Origin: Azolla caroliniana
Lineage: Eukaryota > Plantae > Polypodiophyta
Length of the DNA stretch: 64,000 nucleotides
Assembly (NCBI GenBank): GCA_043228905.1
Contig: JBHGNT010000003.1
Coordinates: 1,488,001 to 1,552,000, forward strand
Direction of reading: 5' to 3'
In this document: in pieces, positions 9,345 through 23,210 of the stretch
Layout of the letters: the number at the start of each line of letters is the position of its first letter
Numbering within the stretch: the first letter of the stretch is position 1
Notes under the pieces: model-generated
The model's input: the letters and a program-made list of their open reading frames with translations, nothing else
What the model was told of the DNA's origin: nothing
The model's database searches: none
Translations under genes and position numbers: made by a program

Positions 9345-12309
9345 TTCTGATTACTTACTGCACTGTTCTCAAATTTCCTACAATTGTGTATCTGATCTAA
9401 TCATTTGAATGTCTCTTATCATATAATATTATACAGATTATATGGAACTCTTCTTGCAGGATGACCTATGTATTGTACATTATGAAATTTGAGGTTTCAT
9501 TTCCATGAAATCAAAGCACAGAAGTTTATTTTTTACTTTTACTTCTCATCGATCCTTCTTCAATCAAAGCAAAAGATTTGATCGATTGAGTTTGTTTCTG
9601 ATTTTTACAGAGCATATGCTATATATACCACAGAATGTTTTACATATTTTTCCTCAGAATAGGCTGCAGCCATTATAGTGCGGCCACTACTCCTTCGTTG
9701 AGGGTTAAAGTAAAAAATCCTAACTGAAATAGAGTTCAATAAGGATTAAGAAAATAAATCTAATTGATATTGCGTTCGATTAGGGTTACAACAGGAAACC
9801 TTAATTCAAATAATAATTAATAAATTAATAAAATCTAATTCAAATAGGGGTTCTAAACAATAAAACCCTAATTTTAATTGATTAGACATCAAATTTTCAT
9901 CATGATTTCGACCTCATATTCCAAAACTACCCTAAAGATCTAACACAGAAACCCTCGAGACTTGATGGTATTTACAGGTAATGATGAAGAAGAGCATAAC
10001 TATGGAATTCCTTCATTGCCAAACATATCATCAAAGAAGAAAACCTGTATGCTTCCTTCAGGTGATGAAAGTAATGTTGAGATGGGTCATGGAAGTTCTC
10101 TCTCAATGAAAAACTTAACAAAGCAACAAGACACTCACATACAAATTCGGTTCAGTTTGGTTTGGTTTGATTGTTCGCCATGGCAAAAACTTAACAAAGC
10201 AACAAGAGATTGGCATACAAATTCGGTTTGGTTTGGTTTAGTTTGATTGCTCGCTATTGCAGGAATATGTCTCAACAAATAATACAAATTTGCGAAACCA
10301 ATCATGGAAGTTATCAATACTGAGGATAACTTTGTGTGGGTTCTACATGAGCCCACTTTTTTCTTTGAAGTAGGCATTTGAAGGTGAAAAATTAGGTTTC
10401 GTCTTCTTGAGAGAAAAGATATTACGAGGACTTTTAGACACCAATTTGATTGGTTTCCTCGGTGGTGCTTTGTTTCCTGTTGTTGTAGGATGGTTGGGCA
10501 CCATTTCAAGACCACCCGAGGATATACCTTCGTAGAGGAATTTGGCCAAATGGTGGGTATGAAAGGTATCTCCAATAAGTGTTCACATGAGCAAATTGTT
10601 GGATAAGGCACATACTAAGGTGAGGACAAACACAGTCAAGGATAAGAGTTTAAAGATTAGAGCCTAGAGGCTGATTCTTGGAATGGATAGTCTCGATATT
10701 TTCCTAGGCAATACGATTGACACTTGTTGCAACTGAACAACTTCTCTAGGGTCATCCTCAACGCAGAGCAAAGCTTGTGTTGGTGCAAATCGTAATTGCC
10801 AATCACAGGATTTGTTGGAAACAATAGTTTAGAACTACAAAGAAGAGGTTTAGGTTGTCTTAAAGAGAAGCAATGAAGTTGTTGGGACCAATTATTACAA
10901 ACTTGCAAAGGTACACAATCCAGGTCAATCTTCCTATACAAGTAGTTGGACTTTGAGCATTATTGATTGTTGCAATTTGCAATAATGTGAAATTAATTTC
11001 ACCTCCAAATGGTCCCCATATTGCTAAGTCACGTGCCAAAGAGGCTACCCATAAACATTAACCTCGTTATTCATAATGTTTGTCTTGTGCGGTGGACTTA
11101 GAACTATACGTTGACAATGATTTACCCATTATCAACAAAATCGTATTTTAAGGGCAAAAAAATGAAGACATCACGATTTGAAGCGTGAAATATATTATTA
11201 ATAGTTATTTTTAAGGTTACATTGATTATATAATGCAAAGCTATTGTGCTAATGTGGAAGAATCCAACATTTAAGTAAGTGTTTTACTTTGTCATGGCAT
11301 GGTACATGGAGAAACTAACCAAAATCATTGGATCTAGATTTGTTACGAAAGGAGTATCTTCGTAAGGAAACATTAACCGTTAATAAATCATGGTGGCTCA
11401 ATGGGTTAAAACATCCATTTGCTAATGTGGAAGGTGTGGACTCAAATCATGTATAGGGATAAATCAAAATAATAATTCTTCAACTTTTTAACGAAAAGGG
11501 TCGGGCCCATTAAAAGGGTTTTATCAATTGTGTCTTCTCCAAACTAAGGAGGCGAAGAGAGTGAGAAAGAGAAAGAGATCCCTAATTGTAATTTCAAACT
11601 TGATTAATGAAAATTATGGTATGTGAATAGGTGTGTGCTCAACATGTGTTATCATTGAGGGAGAACTAGGAGTGAAAACAAAAGTTACAGTCAATACGTC
11701 TAGGAACGAACGAAACTACCAAACACCCAATGAGTAAGAGTCGAGAAGACTAAGAACAAAGTTAAACTATTGGACTCTAGATTCTTCTATAGGTTTATAA
11801 GTTATAACCCTTGACATGTTTTCGCCACACTTTGACACATGTACAAGTGTTTTCAAGATGTTTCTTTTGGTTCATAGCTCCTAAGCCTTTTCGTGACAAT
11901 GTTTGCCATTAAGGTCCTGACCCCTTATCACTCGTGACAGCAAAGTCTCGGAGATGAATTAATGCTAATGTTGTACTAGTCAATCATGATGTCTCAACAA
12001 GAAATCACCAATTTTTCAATACCCCTAAGTGATATATCATACAGATTATATGGAAATCGTTCTTGCTAGATGAGCTATGGATTATTGTAGGTGATGACAT
12101 TTGAGGTGTCATTTCCATGTCTGCAAGTTGCACCAGAATTCTTCTTCTTCTCTCTCTCTCTCTCTCTCAACACAAAGTCATCTTCTTTTGTCTCAGATTT
12201 TATGTAGATTCATTCATGAATCATGATAAAAACCCCATCAACCCTTCACAAAAAAAACAAGCAATTTTATAACTTGTGGAAGGAGTTTTTTTTTGGAAAA
12301 ATAAAAATA

Positions 12310-12580
12310 AACAAGCAAAATATTAGATAGATCGAGTTTATTTTACAGGATTGTAAAAGAGCATCAAAGCAAAAGATTAGATAGATTGAGTTTATTTTAT
12401 AGGATTGTTAAAGAGCATCAAAACAGAAGATTAGATAGATTTTGAGTTTATTTGACAAGATTGTTAAAGAAAAGCAAACGATTAGATACATTGTGTTTAT
12501 ATGTACAGGATTGTTAAAGAGTAGCAGAAGCAAAAGATTGGATAAATTGAGTTTATTTACAAGATTGTGAGAGAGCATAA
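12310..12580 (+). repeat. Minisatellite, about 6 copies of a 45-55 bp unit (AAGCAAAAGATTAGATAGATTGAGTTTATTT..AGGATTGTTAAAG)
   Basis: Read directly; a single related unit occurs in the CYP 3' flanks. Confidence 0.85.
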
Positions 12581-14976
12581 TATGTTGTGATCTTATGTAC
12601 CACAAGAGTGTTTTTAACATATTTCCAAGGTCTCGAAAAGGTGGGTTCCCAATGGGCACCCATGATGCTTACAACCACAACGCGTGATTTATGACAAATC
12701 ATGTGAGAGTTATGAGCCAATCTTCGCTAGGACAAGAAGGTTCAAGGTTTAGGATTTAGTGTTCACCCCCGACTTACTCTATAGGACCACATCGGAGTTT
12801 GGTACCATCTCTTATCCTTCCATGCCCGCACACACACTCAAGAAAGGTAGAGCAATCCACATGACACACTACAATGTCTAGACCAAGCTAGAATTCAGGG
12901 CACCATCTCTTAATCCACAGGCTTAAGAAATGGTAGAGCACTCAATGGAATACACTTTAATGTATGGTGTCATACATGTGATGGAGAACTTTTCATTTGA
13001 AGTAATGATTATGTCATGCACAACAGAAAGAAGTGTTGGAAGGCACGAGATGGGCGGTTTTGACAAAGACCATTCATGAAACGCCATGTGTTGCCACCAC
13101 CTATTGTACCACAAATGTTCCTACCTACAATCAATGCCAAGGATCAGACCACAATCACCTACATAACGCTCAAAGATAATTAGTAACCACTATACTACAA
13201 TCTTTTCCATGAGAGCGAATGATTCAGACACATACTCTTGCTTTCCTCCTCACATGACAAGACTAACTTACTAAATAGGAGATTCAAAGTAAATAAGAAC
13301 TTAGGTTTCTCCTTATTCTCTAATCATTTTTACCTTTGTCCTTCGATTTCTAATGGGTGGTCTTATGATTACAAATCCTTGCATCTGCTTATGAGTGGCT
13401 AGTACACCTTATGGAACAAAGAGACGATTTGCCCACACATTTCGGAGTTTTACATCACTTTCATTGGGAACCAAACTAGGGTCGACTGCATGATATGCGG
13501 GAATACTCACCACTATACAACATTTACATATTCTTAATGGAATACTAGTTTCCTCCATTAATCATTGTGAAATTTTGCTTCAATCTTTCGAAAATGAGCA
13601 AGGCTAGTCCTACATTGATGGCTTCAAGGCTTCAAGGCTAGTAATACATGCCTTCTTTTGCATTACAGATATCATTTCTATGATCACGCCTAACTATACC
13701 ATTTTAGTTTAAGAATGTTGGACTTTGGTTGTTCGTCGATGCCAAGAATCGAAACAGGTAAACTATACTACAATATTTTTACCATTTTAGATGAGACTGG
13801 CAAGAATACTCACCATTACACTACAAAGGTGTGACAAGTGGCAAGTGTTTTTTAATCTAAGGGTAATCCTTACATTTGTCTTTCGATTTCAAAGTTCCAT
13901 AAGTATTTGATAACTCGTTGATATATTATGGAATTTTACATTACTTTCATCCAGTGCTAGGAACCTGAAATGCATGACATGTGGGAATACTTGCCACCAT
14001 AATGCAACGTTGCAATCAAGTTGAAGTGAAAATTCAATTCTGTTGCAAGACTCTTGGTTTCATACTTGAATGATCAAAGTTTTTTTAATTATATTTTTTT
14101 TTAAAGGTGTTTCTTGCATTATCAAAGTTTAACTCACAGAATATGAGACTCAAAATAAATAAGAAGCTAGTGGAATTCTCCCAAACACAACCTTTTCTTT
14201 TATTAACGTCATTCGAAGGCTAGTGACACATGTCTTCTTTTGCGTTTCAATTTTTCAAATATCATTTCAATGTGCATATTCTTGGAAATATTGAGAATCA
14301 ATTAGATAGGTAGGTTTAGAGTTACAATCACAGAGATGGATATATGAAAACAAAACTTCTATTACATATGAGAGTAGCTCACAATGGTAGTTCACTCATG
14401 CGCTCACACCTTAGAGGTTAGATAGGATTTGGACCAACTCACTACAAAATTAGTGGGGACTGATGATCATCACACCACTGTGTAAGAGAGTGGATTATAT
14501 TCTTTGTTTGGTCTAAATGTAACATTAAATGTGCATGTCAATTGATAGTAGTGGAGATATTCCTCGTTTGTCAACTAGCTTGTGATTTAATATGACCCAA
14601 CTCCCTAGATACAAGCTAGTGCTAGATGGTACTTATCTTAAAGTCAATGACACATACTTTAAGACTAAGTACATCGTAACTTGACCACAAAATAGTTTTC
14701 TAGTTGACTTAATTAGTCAATCCTATTAGCCTACTTCACTCTTTCCTAAATACATTGTGTCCTACATATCTACGGATTCCTAGATTGACACCTGTGACCT
14801 TATCAACCCATATGGTCGAGTTGCACAATAGCTACTCCTCATTTGGGGCGCTATCACAAAATGTGCACTCTAAGAGTACATACGGGGATAGATTTACAAC
14901 TTGGGTTGATCATTGATTATATCCAACACATATCTAGTTGTATGGAATCACATCAAGTAAGAACTAGTCAATATGT

Positions 14977-15019
<43 letters not shown>

Positions 15020-15059
15020 CATGGGCATGGGTATGCGTATGCGTATGCGTATGCATATG
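14977..15059 (+). repeat. Compound hexamer microsatellite (GTATGG)n(GCATGG)n(GTATGC)n
   Basis: Read directly; followed by a two-copy repeat at about 15057-15115 and 15128-15186. Confidence 0.9.
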
Positions 15060-15622
15060 TTCTCTAAATTACTTAACTCAATGCAACTTTCTTGGCCCAA
15101 TGTATTTGATCAAATATGTGTATGTGTATGTTCTCTAAATTACTTAATTCAATGCAACTTTCTTGGCCCAATGTATTTGATCAAATTTTGACATGTAAAG
15201 TATGCGACAAAGGCCTTGGAGAGGAAAAGTGTGCGACATGTAAAGTGTGTGACATGTAATTTGGAAGTTGCATCATGGCATCGAAACATACATCAAAGTG
15301 TGACGAAAAGCCGTAACATATGCAACAAATATCAATTGGTAAAGAATGAATATGGCTCCGGGTGTTACATGTATAGAAAAAGACACGGAGCCGGGAGCTT
15401 CACCTTGATAGAGCGAGAATTTGTGTTGGGATCGGCTTCAGTCTTTCTTGAAATTTCAAGGTTCTCATTCAATTCTTGACAAGTGAAAGACAATTGCCAT
15501 CTTTTCACACCTTTGCTTTGTGTGAAGATTTTTGATGAATCTTCTCTATAAAGACAATTGGCATATTTTCACACTTTGTTTGTAAATCTATTTTCATGAA
15601 TCTTCTCTATAAAGCCCATGTG

Positions 15623-15741
15623 ATGATTATGATTATGAATCATGATTATATGATTATGATTATGATTATGATTATGATGCTGGATGGTGATGGTGATGGT
15701 GATGGTGATGGTGATGGTGATGGTGATGGTTATTATGATGA
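15623..15741 (+). repeat. (TGATTA)n(TGATGG)n microsatellite upstream of CYP copy 2; related tract at 7345-7462 before copy 1
   Basis: Read directly. Confidence 0.9.
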
Positions 15742-15791
15742 CAAGTGGAGAAAGAAAAGAAAAGAAGAATTGGCCTTGGTGAAGCTTGGCT

Positions 15792-17623
15792 ATGGAATTC
15801 TTCACCTCCATGGCCATCCCTGCAGAGCTCATCCTTGGGCTTGCTCTGCCTCTACTACTCTTCATACCATCTGTACATCAGCTATGGAGACCTTCAAGCA
15901 AGAAGAAGGATGTGCGCCAGCAAGAGAAGGAGCTGCTGCTGCTGCTGCCTTTACGTCCGGGTCGTTTCGGCCTTCCGTTCATCGGCGAAACCCTAGAGTA
16001 TCGCAGAACACAAAAGGAAGGGATTCCATGGAAATTCCATGTTGGCCTACGGAGAGACCTTCAAGACGAACCTACTGACTTGCCCTACAGTAGTCCTGGC
16101 TAGCCCCTCAGGTAACAAGGCAGCCTTCTCTAACAGCAACACCTCATTGCCATATAGCGTGGCCGCAATCATGGGCGCCAAATCTCTTGTTGTGATTGCA
16201 GGGCCTTCGGCCACTCGCATTCGGGACGCCCTCATGATGTTCCTGCGGCCCGAATCCTTGCAAAGATACATGAGCAGTGTCGATCTCATCTTACTCGGGT
16301 TCATCAGGGAGCATCTTGAAGGCAAATCTGAGGTCTTTCTCTTCCCCTTAATGAAGAAGCTAATATTCTCGATTGCCTGCGAGGTTTTCATCGGTCTGCA
16401 GGATGAGAAGGATCAAGAATTGCTGCTTCTTGACTTCAACATCATGGTGAAAGGCATGATTGAGCTTCCGATCAACATTCCCGGAACGAGGTATAACAAA
16501 GCCCTTGCAGCCGCGGATGTGTTAAGAAAGCCTGTGCAGGTATGGATCGACAAGAGAAGGAGAGGTATGGTTGCTGGTCTGGTCATTGATCATCAAGACG
16601 TCCTCTCCGGTTTTCTTGTGTATAAGGATGAGCATGGACAACCATTTTCTGATGAGGAGATCAAGGAAAACATCCTCCTGTTGCTCTTTGCAGGCCATGA
16701 TACCAGCGCCATTGTAGCCACCATGATCTGCAAATATCTTGCATCTAATCCTGACATAATGGATCAGGTTTACTAAGGTTTGTGTCCCGGCTTTATCTCA
16801 CCATTGGATGAAAATATCTTGCATCTAATCCTGACATAATGGATGAGGTTTACATGTATATTTCTCTTTGATGATGATATAAAATCATGTTAATTCTATA
16901 TATATGTATGTGCTTTGAAGGTTTCTTTATTACCATCCCTTTGTTTTTGGTGTGCTCAGAGAACAAGGAGATTGCGGCAAGCAAGGCCCCCGATGAGCTT
17001 TTGAATTGGGGAGATATACAGAAGATGAAGCTTTCATGGAGAGTCGCTCAAGAATCGATGAGGCTGGTGCCGCCAGCGCAGGGGTCATTCAGAGTGGCAA
17101 CTCATGATATGAGCTTCGATGGGTTTAGGATCCCAAAATCATGGAAGGTATGTCTCTATACTGTCCCCAAACCAAATCCAAATAGATCTCACACAAAATC
17201 ATAGATTGGAGAACAAAACTCTTATGTAATGCCCCCCAAAATCATAATTGTTAGCTCTTATTTCTCTGAAATCCACAAAATACAACAAAAAAACATTTGA
17301 TCCATGCCTTTTTCTGCACACATATCTTGTGGTCTCCCTACTCGACTCATAGAAACCCTAAGTATTTCCCCGATCCACACAAGTTTGATCCATCGCGCTT
17401 CGAAGGAGAAGGCCCGGCTCCATTCACATTCGTCCCCTTCAGTGGAGGAGCGAGGATGTGTCCGGGCAACGAATTCGCACGCATGGAAATACTGATGGTC
17501 CTCCATCGGTTGATCACTCGATTCTCGTGGACCCTCAAGAACCCTAACGAAGCCGTTGTGGTGGACCCCATGCCATTACCTGTGAAGGGGCTTCCGATCC
17601 TCCTTGTGTCTCGCATCCCATGA
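15792..17623 (+). pseudogene. CYP716-like P450 pseudogene (copy 2)
   Basis: Close paralog of 7513-9344 with an 11-bp deletion at about 16037, a premature TAA at 16774-16776, and the intron-2 acceptor changed AG to AT at 17322-17323. Confidence 0.9.
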
Positions 17624-20041
17624 TTCCGATTTCTTACTGCACTGTTCTCAAGTTTCCTACACCTGTGGTGTATATGTATGTATTTCTATGCTTTTTGGCA
17701 TTTGGCATCTAAGAGCTTTAGATGTTTTTGTATGTGTTAAGGGCAAGTGATCGTGTGATTACTGTATCCGATCTAATCATTTGGATATCTCTTATCATAT
17801 GATATTATACAGATTACAGATTATATGGAATTCGTCTTGCAGGATGAGCTATGTATTGTACATTATGGAATTTGAGGTTTCATTTGCATGAAATCAAAGC
17901 ACAGAAGTTTATTTTGTACTTCTTCTTCTATCTCTTTCTCTCTCTCAATACAGAGTCTTTTTTATCTCAGATTTTATGCAGTTTCATTCATGATCAACCA
18001 TCAATCCTTCGTCCATCAAAGCAAAAAAAATTGATCGATTTCAGTTTATTTCTGATTGTTAAAGAGCATATGTTGTATATACCACAGAGTGCTTTACATA
18101 ATTTTCCTCAGATCAGGCTGCAGCCGGCCACTACTCCTTCATTGAGGGTCAAGGTAAAAAACCCTAACTCAATCAGAGTTCCGTAAGGATTAAGAAAATA
18201 AATTTAATTGACATTGCGTTCAATTAGGATTACTAAAGGAAAGCTTGATTCAAAATAATAAATAAATAAGATCTAATTCACATAGGGGTTATAAAAGATT
18301 AAGCCCTAATTTTTAATTGGTTAGAGATCCAAATTTTGATCATGATTTCGACCTCATATTCAAAAACGACCCTAATGGTTCGGCTTGGTTCGGTTTGGTT
18401 TGGTTTGGTTCGGTTCGATTGCTTGCTATGGCAGGCATATGTCCCACCAAATAATATAAATTTGCCAAACCAATCATGGAAGTTATCAATTGTGAGGATG
18501 AATTTGTGTGGGTTTTACATTAGCCCACTTTTTTCTTTGAAGTAGGTATTTGAAGCTGAAAATTTAGGTTTCTTCTTGCCGAGAGAAGAGATATTAAGAG
18601 GACTTTTAGACACCGATTTGATTGGCTTCCTCAATGCTTTGTTTCCTATATATTTGTAGGATGGTTGGGCACCATTTCAAGACAACCCGAGGATATATCT
18701 TCGTAGAGGATTTTGGGCAACTAGTGGGTATGAAGGGTATCTTCGTTAAGTGTTCACATGAGCAAATTGATGGGTGCCTTGGAGAAGGCGTGTGCTAAGG
18801 TCAAGATAAATGCACTCAAGGATAAGAGTTTAAATAATTTAGAGTTTGATTCTTGGAATGGGCGGTCTCTATGTTCCTAGGCAGTACTATTGACACTTGT
18901 TGCAACAAAACAACTTCTCCAAGGTTATCCTCAATGGTGAGGAGAGCTTGTGTTGGTGCAAATTGTCACTGCCAATCATAGGACTTGTTGCAAGAAGTAC
19001 AAGAAGAGGTTTAGGCAATCTTAAAGAGAATCGATGAAGCGGTTGGGACCAATGATTACGAAATTGTATATTATTGATTCCATGCCCATGATCGTTTAGT
19101 GAATATATTGGACGTTGCAATGTGGTTGTGTTACATCGTGACAATTATAAGGGATGGTTTGAACCTTACACCATAGAACATAAATCACATTCACATCCAT
19201 GGACATATAAATATTCGCCCAAACAATACATGTTCCAGCACAAGTATGCCTAAATATACAAGCATACACTGATACACATTATATTTATCCATTCTTGCAT
19301 ATAAATACGGATATGCATAAGGAGCAAGAAGTCAATAAAGTCAATATTCTTTCTTTCTTGCCATTGATTTTCTCATACATCCTTTGCTAATGTTGGGGAA
19401 ACGTCTAAATAAAAGTATTTTGATTTTGATTGTGAATTTGTTAATCAATCATTTAGTGATATTTTTTCTTATCTTTATTTATTCCTATCACTAATCAATC
19501 AATCATGAGCACACATTTCACCACTTAGTGATGAAGATCGCGGTGCACTAATGTAGATTCCTAAAATTCACTACGCATTATCCCAATAGAAATGTATGGT
19601 AAGACCTTGTTTAGATCTCAGGCCTAGAGACCATGTGTAAGAAATGTCAAGGCGGGGTAGTAATTTAGTAGCCACCTATTTGGCCTAGAATACTTGTTTA
19701 TCTTTGACACGTGTAAACACGGGAACATAATACTCTTCAGGCCAAAGATTGTTCAAACCCAAGACACATCAACAAGAGTATACCTTGACTCTGTGGCTAG
19801 GTTATGGAATCTAGATCATTTATGAACTTGGGAACAATTATATAAATATTTATACATGTATATCCAACCCACTCATTGTGTATATTTATACACATATTTT
19901 TGTATACGTGTATTTGTACATTGTCAACCCGTACAAGACTTAGAAGATGCCAAAGACTTTTGAGAACATTTGGAAAATCTATGGATTCCTCCACATTTAG
20001 TGGTGAAGTTGAAGAAGTGTTCCATTGGTGCAAGCTTGGCT

Positions 20042-20258
20042 ATGCCCAACTTCACCTACATGACCATCCCCGTGGAGCTCATCCTTGGGCTTGTTATGCC
20101 TCTACTACTCCTCATCACAACTATACATCAGGTATGGAGACCTTAAAGCAAGAGGAATAAGGGACCATAGCCCTCATTGGGCATGTCAGACTTGTTGCCA
20201 CTCGCATTTGGAATGCCCTCATGATGTTCTTGCAACTTGAATCCTTGCAAAGGTACAC
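20042..20258 (+). pseudogene. 5' relic of a further CYP716-like copy
   Basis: MPNFTYMTIPVELILGLVMPLLLLITTIHQVWRP* followed by ATRIWNALMMFLQLESLQRY, homologous to exon 1 of the other copies with a large internal deletion. Confidence 0.85.
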
Positions 20259-21820
20259 AAATGTATGTTGATTTTCCTATACAATTAGTTGAACTTTGAG
20301 CATTATTGATTGTTGCAATAATGTGAAATTTATATCACCTCCAAATTCTCCTCATCTTGCTAAGGCATGTGTCAAAGTGGCTACCCATAAATGTTACCTT
20401 CCTTTATTCATAATGTTTGTATCTTGTGGTAGACTCAAAAGTATACATTGATGGTTATGTACCCATTATCAACAAAATCGTATTTTAAGGGCAAAATAAA
20501 ATGTAGACATCACGATTTGAAGTGTAAAATATATATTTAATTGTTATTTTGAAAGTTATATTTATTATATGCAATTTTAAATATAACCTAAGTTGGACTA
20601 CTTGAAGACAAATCAAGTGTGCTAATGTGGAAGAATCCAACCTTTAACTAAGTGATTTACCTTGCCATAACATGGTACATGGAGAAACTAACTAAAATCA
20701 ATGGATTTAGATGTGTTACAAAAGGAGTATCTTCGTAAGGAAACATTAAACGTTAATCAATCATGCTAGCTCAATGGGTTAAAACATCCATTTGCTAATG
20801 TGGAAGGTGTGGTCTAAAATCATGCATAAAGAGGAAAATCAGAATGGTAATTTTTCAACTTAAAGAAAAGGGTTGGGCCCATTAAAAGGGTTTTATCAAT
20901 CATGTCTTGTCCAAACTAGGGAGGCAAAGATAGTGAGAAAAAGAAAGGGATCCCTAATTGTAATTTCAAACTCAATTAATGAAAATTATGGTATGTGATT
21001 AGGTGTGTGCTCGACATGTGTTAATAGTTATCATGAGGAAGAACTAAGAGCAAAAAGAAAAGTTAGAGTCAATAAGTCTATGAACAAACGAAACTACCAA
21101 ACACCCAATGAGAGGAGAGATATGAAAAAAAAGGGAGCTTAGAGTCGAGAAGCCTAAGAACAAAAACTATTGGACACTAGACGCTTCTCATGGTTTAGAC
21201 CCCTCATGTTTTCGCTACACTTTGGCACATGTACAAGTGTTTTCAAAATGCTTCTTTTAATCCATAACCCCGAAGTCTGTTTGTGACAATGTTTGCCATT
21301 AAGGTCATGACACCTTATCTCACTCGTGATGGCAATGTTTGCGACATGGATTAATGCTAATGTTGTACTAGTCAATGATGTCTCAATAAGAAAACACCAA
21401 ATTCTCAATACCCCACAATTTGCCAACCTTAGTGAGGAATCAAAGGAAGGCCTACTATATACATCATGTGGTGTGTTTGATTTAATGGTACTCATAGTGC
21501 ATCTTAGATAATGGTGTACGGGTTTGACTATTTAGTCCTTATGATTTGGGATATGATTATTGCAAGGGGTCATTATCCCAAAGATGTCAACCTATCATCG
21601 TACTCATCCTCGTCCTCCTTGCACCCAACATTGCTCCTCATTCATGATGGGAGTAGCAAACGTCTACCTACAAGCATGTTGGATCGAATCAAAACTGGGA
21701 AGAAGTCTATCCATAACAAAGTATATACTCAAACCAAAGTATCTACATAGAGTGGGCAAGGCGGGAAGAATCGCACACCGCCCAAAGGATTGTGTTAAGT
21801 GATCAAGGGGGATCAAAGGA

Positions 21821-23140
21821 ATCACCCACGACAAAGAAGCCAATATACACTAATGCAAATATGTAGTCACACTAATGACAACCCATCAATTGACACACAC
21901 ACCCACTTGGATCAGAGGATTCGATCACAACAAAGAAGCATATACACAAATGCAATACTCACACTGAGGATGACCCATCAATTGACAAACCCAAACACAC
22001 ATGCAATTGGATAAGAGGAGTCGCCCATGGTAAATAAGCCTATACACCAATGCAAATACTCACACTAATGACAACCCATCAATTGACACACACAGACACA
22101 CAAACATACCCAATTGGATTAGAGGTGTCACCCACAACAAAGAAGCCTATACACTGACGCAATACTCCACTAATGGCAACCCATCAAATGGCACACACAC
22201 ACACAGGAATCAACAAATGGTTTGGTTTCATTTTAATGGGTTAAACCTTAACTAGTTTAGGAGTTTTCAAACTTGTATTGAACCGGCTTCTAAACCGGTT
22301 AAGGCTTAACCAGTTAATCATAAACCAGTTTAGGAATCAGTTTATCCAAACCGATCAAGCCTTACCTAGTTAGGAACTGGTTTAGCCCAAAATGGTTCGG
22401 TTCGGCTTGAGACATCCCCAACGAAGCTCAAACTGATCAAGGAAGATCAAGCCTAAACTGAATTGAACCGAACCGCTACATCGCCAAATCTGTTAAAAAC
22501 GGTATAACGGTTCAATTTAGGCTTGGGCCAAACCGGTTTCGACTCCTACACGCACACACACATCCAATTGGTGGGCCCATGACAAAGAAGCCTATACAGT
22601 GATGCAATACTCCCACTAATGGCAACCCATCAATTAACATACACAAACATAGGAATCAACAATTGTTTGGTTTCAACTTAACCGGTTTGGGAGTTTTCAA
22701 ACTTGTATTGAACTGGCTTCTAAACCAGTCAAGACTTAACTAGTTAATCATAAACCAATTTAGGATTTGGTTTATGCAACCTCAATCAAGCCTTAACTGG
22801 TTTGGGAATCGGTTTAGCCCAAAATGGTTCGGTTTGGCTTGAGCCATCCCAGACCAATCTCAAACCGGTTAAGGAAGCTCAAGCCTAAACCAGACTGAAA
22901 CCGAATAGCTAAACCGCCAAACATGTTAAAAACGGTCTAATGGTTCGGTTAAGGCTTGAGCCGAACTGGTTCCAAGACTCTTAAATGCGCGCGTGCGCGC
23001 ACACACACACACACATCCAATTGGATGGAAGGTTATTAGATAAAAGAACCGCTAAGCCCGTTAAAAAACGGTCTAACGGTTCGGTTTAGGCTTGAGCTGA
23101 ACCGGTGCCGACTCCTACACTCGCACACACACACATCCAA
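21821..23140 (+). repeat. Composite tandem array: about 100 bp units plus two AACCG-rich MITE-like modules (about 22205-22550, 22650-22985) and a partial third
   Basis: AAGAAGCCTATACAC..AATGACAACCCATCAATTGACACAC four times and again near 22580; the two modules align with each other. Confidence 0.8.
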
Positions 23141-23210
23141 TTTTTAAAGCTTGGAGAAGAAGACTCTCTCTCTCTCTCTGTCTCATTCATCGAAGAAGAA
23201 GAAGAAGAAG

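Larger units (their letters stand above)
6800..21417 (+). repeat. Tandem segmental duplication: unit A about 6800-12025, unit B about 15480-21417
   Basis: Colinear similarity of promoter, CYP, 3' flank (9345-10900 vs 17624-19060) and distal block (10902-12025 vs 20244-21417). Confidence 0.88.

Noticed and set aside
10135-10941. Minus-strand ORFs downstream of the P450 (echoed at 18887-19144)
   Set aside because: Frames are not kept between the two duplicate units and no domain is recognisable; probably a decayed repeat.
14843-16078. ORFs with YG, MG, DG, IM or IT dipeptide runs
   Set aside because: Translations of hexamer microsatellites.
21821-22205. CRISPR-like appearance of spaced repeats (also 12310-12580 and 56383-56615)
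   Set aside because: Eukaryotic context, degenerate contiguous units without unique spacers, and no cas genes.
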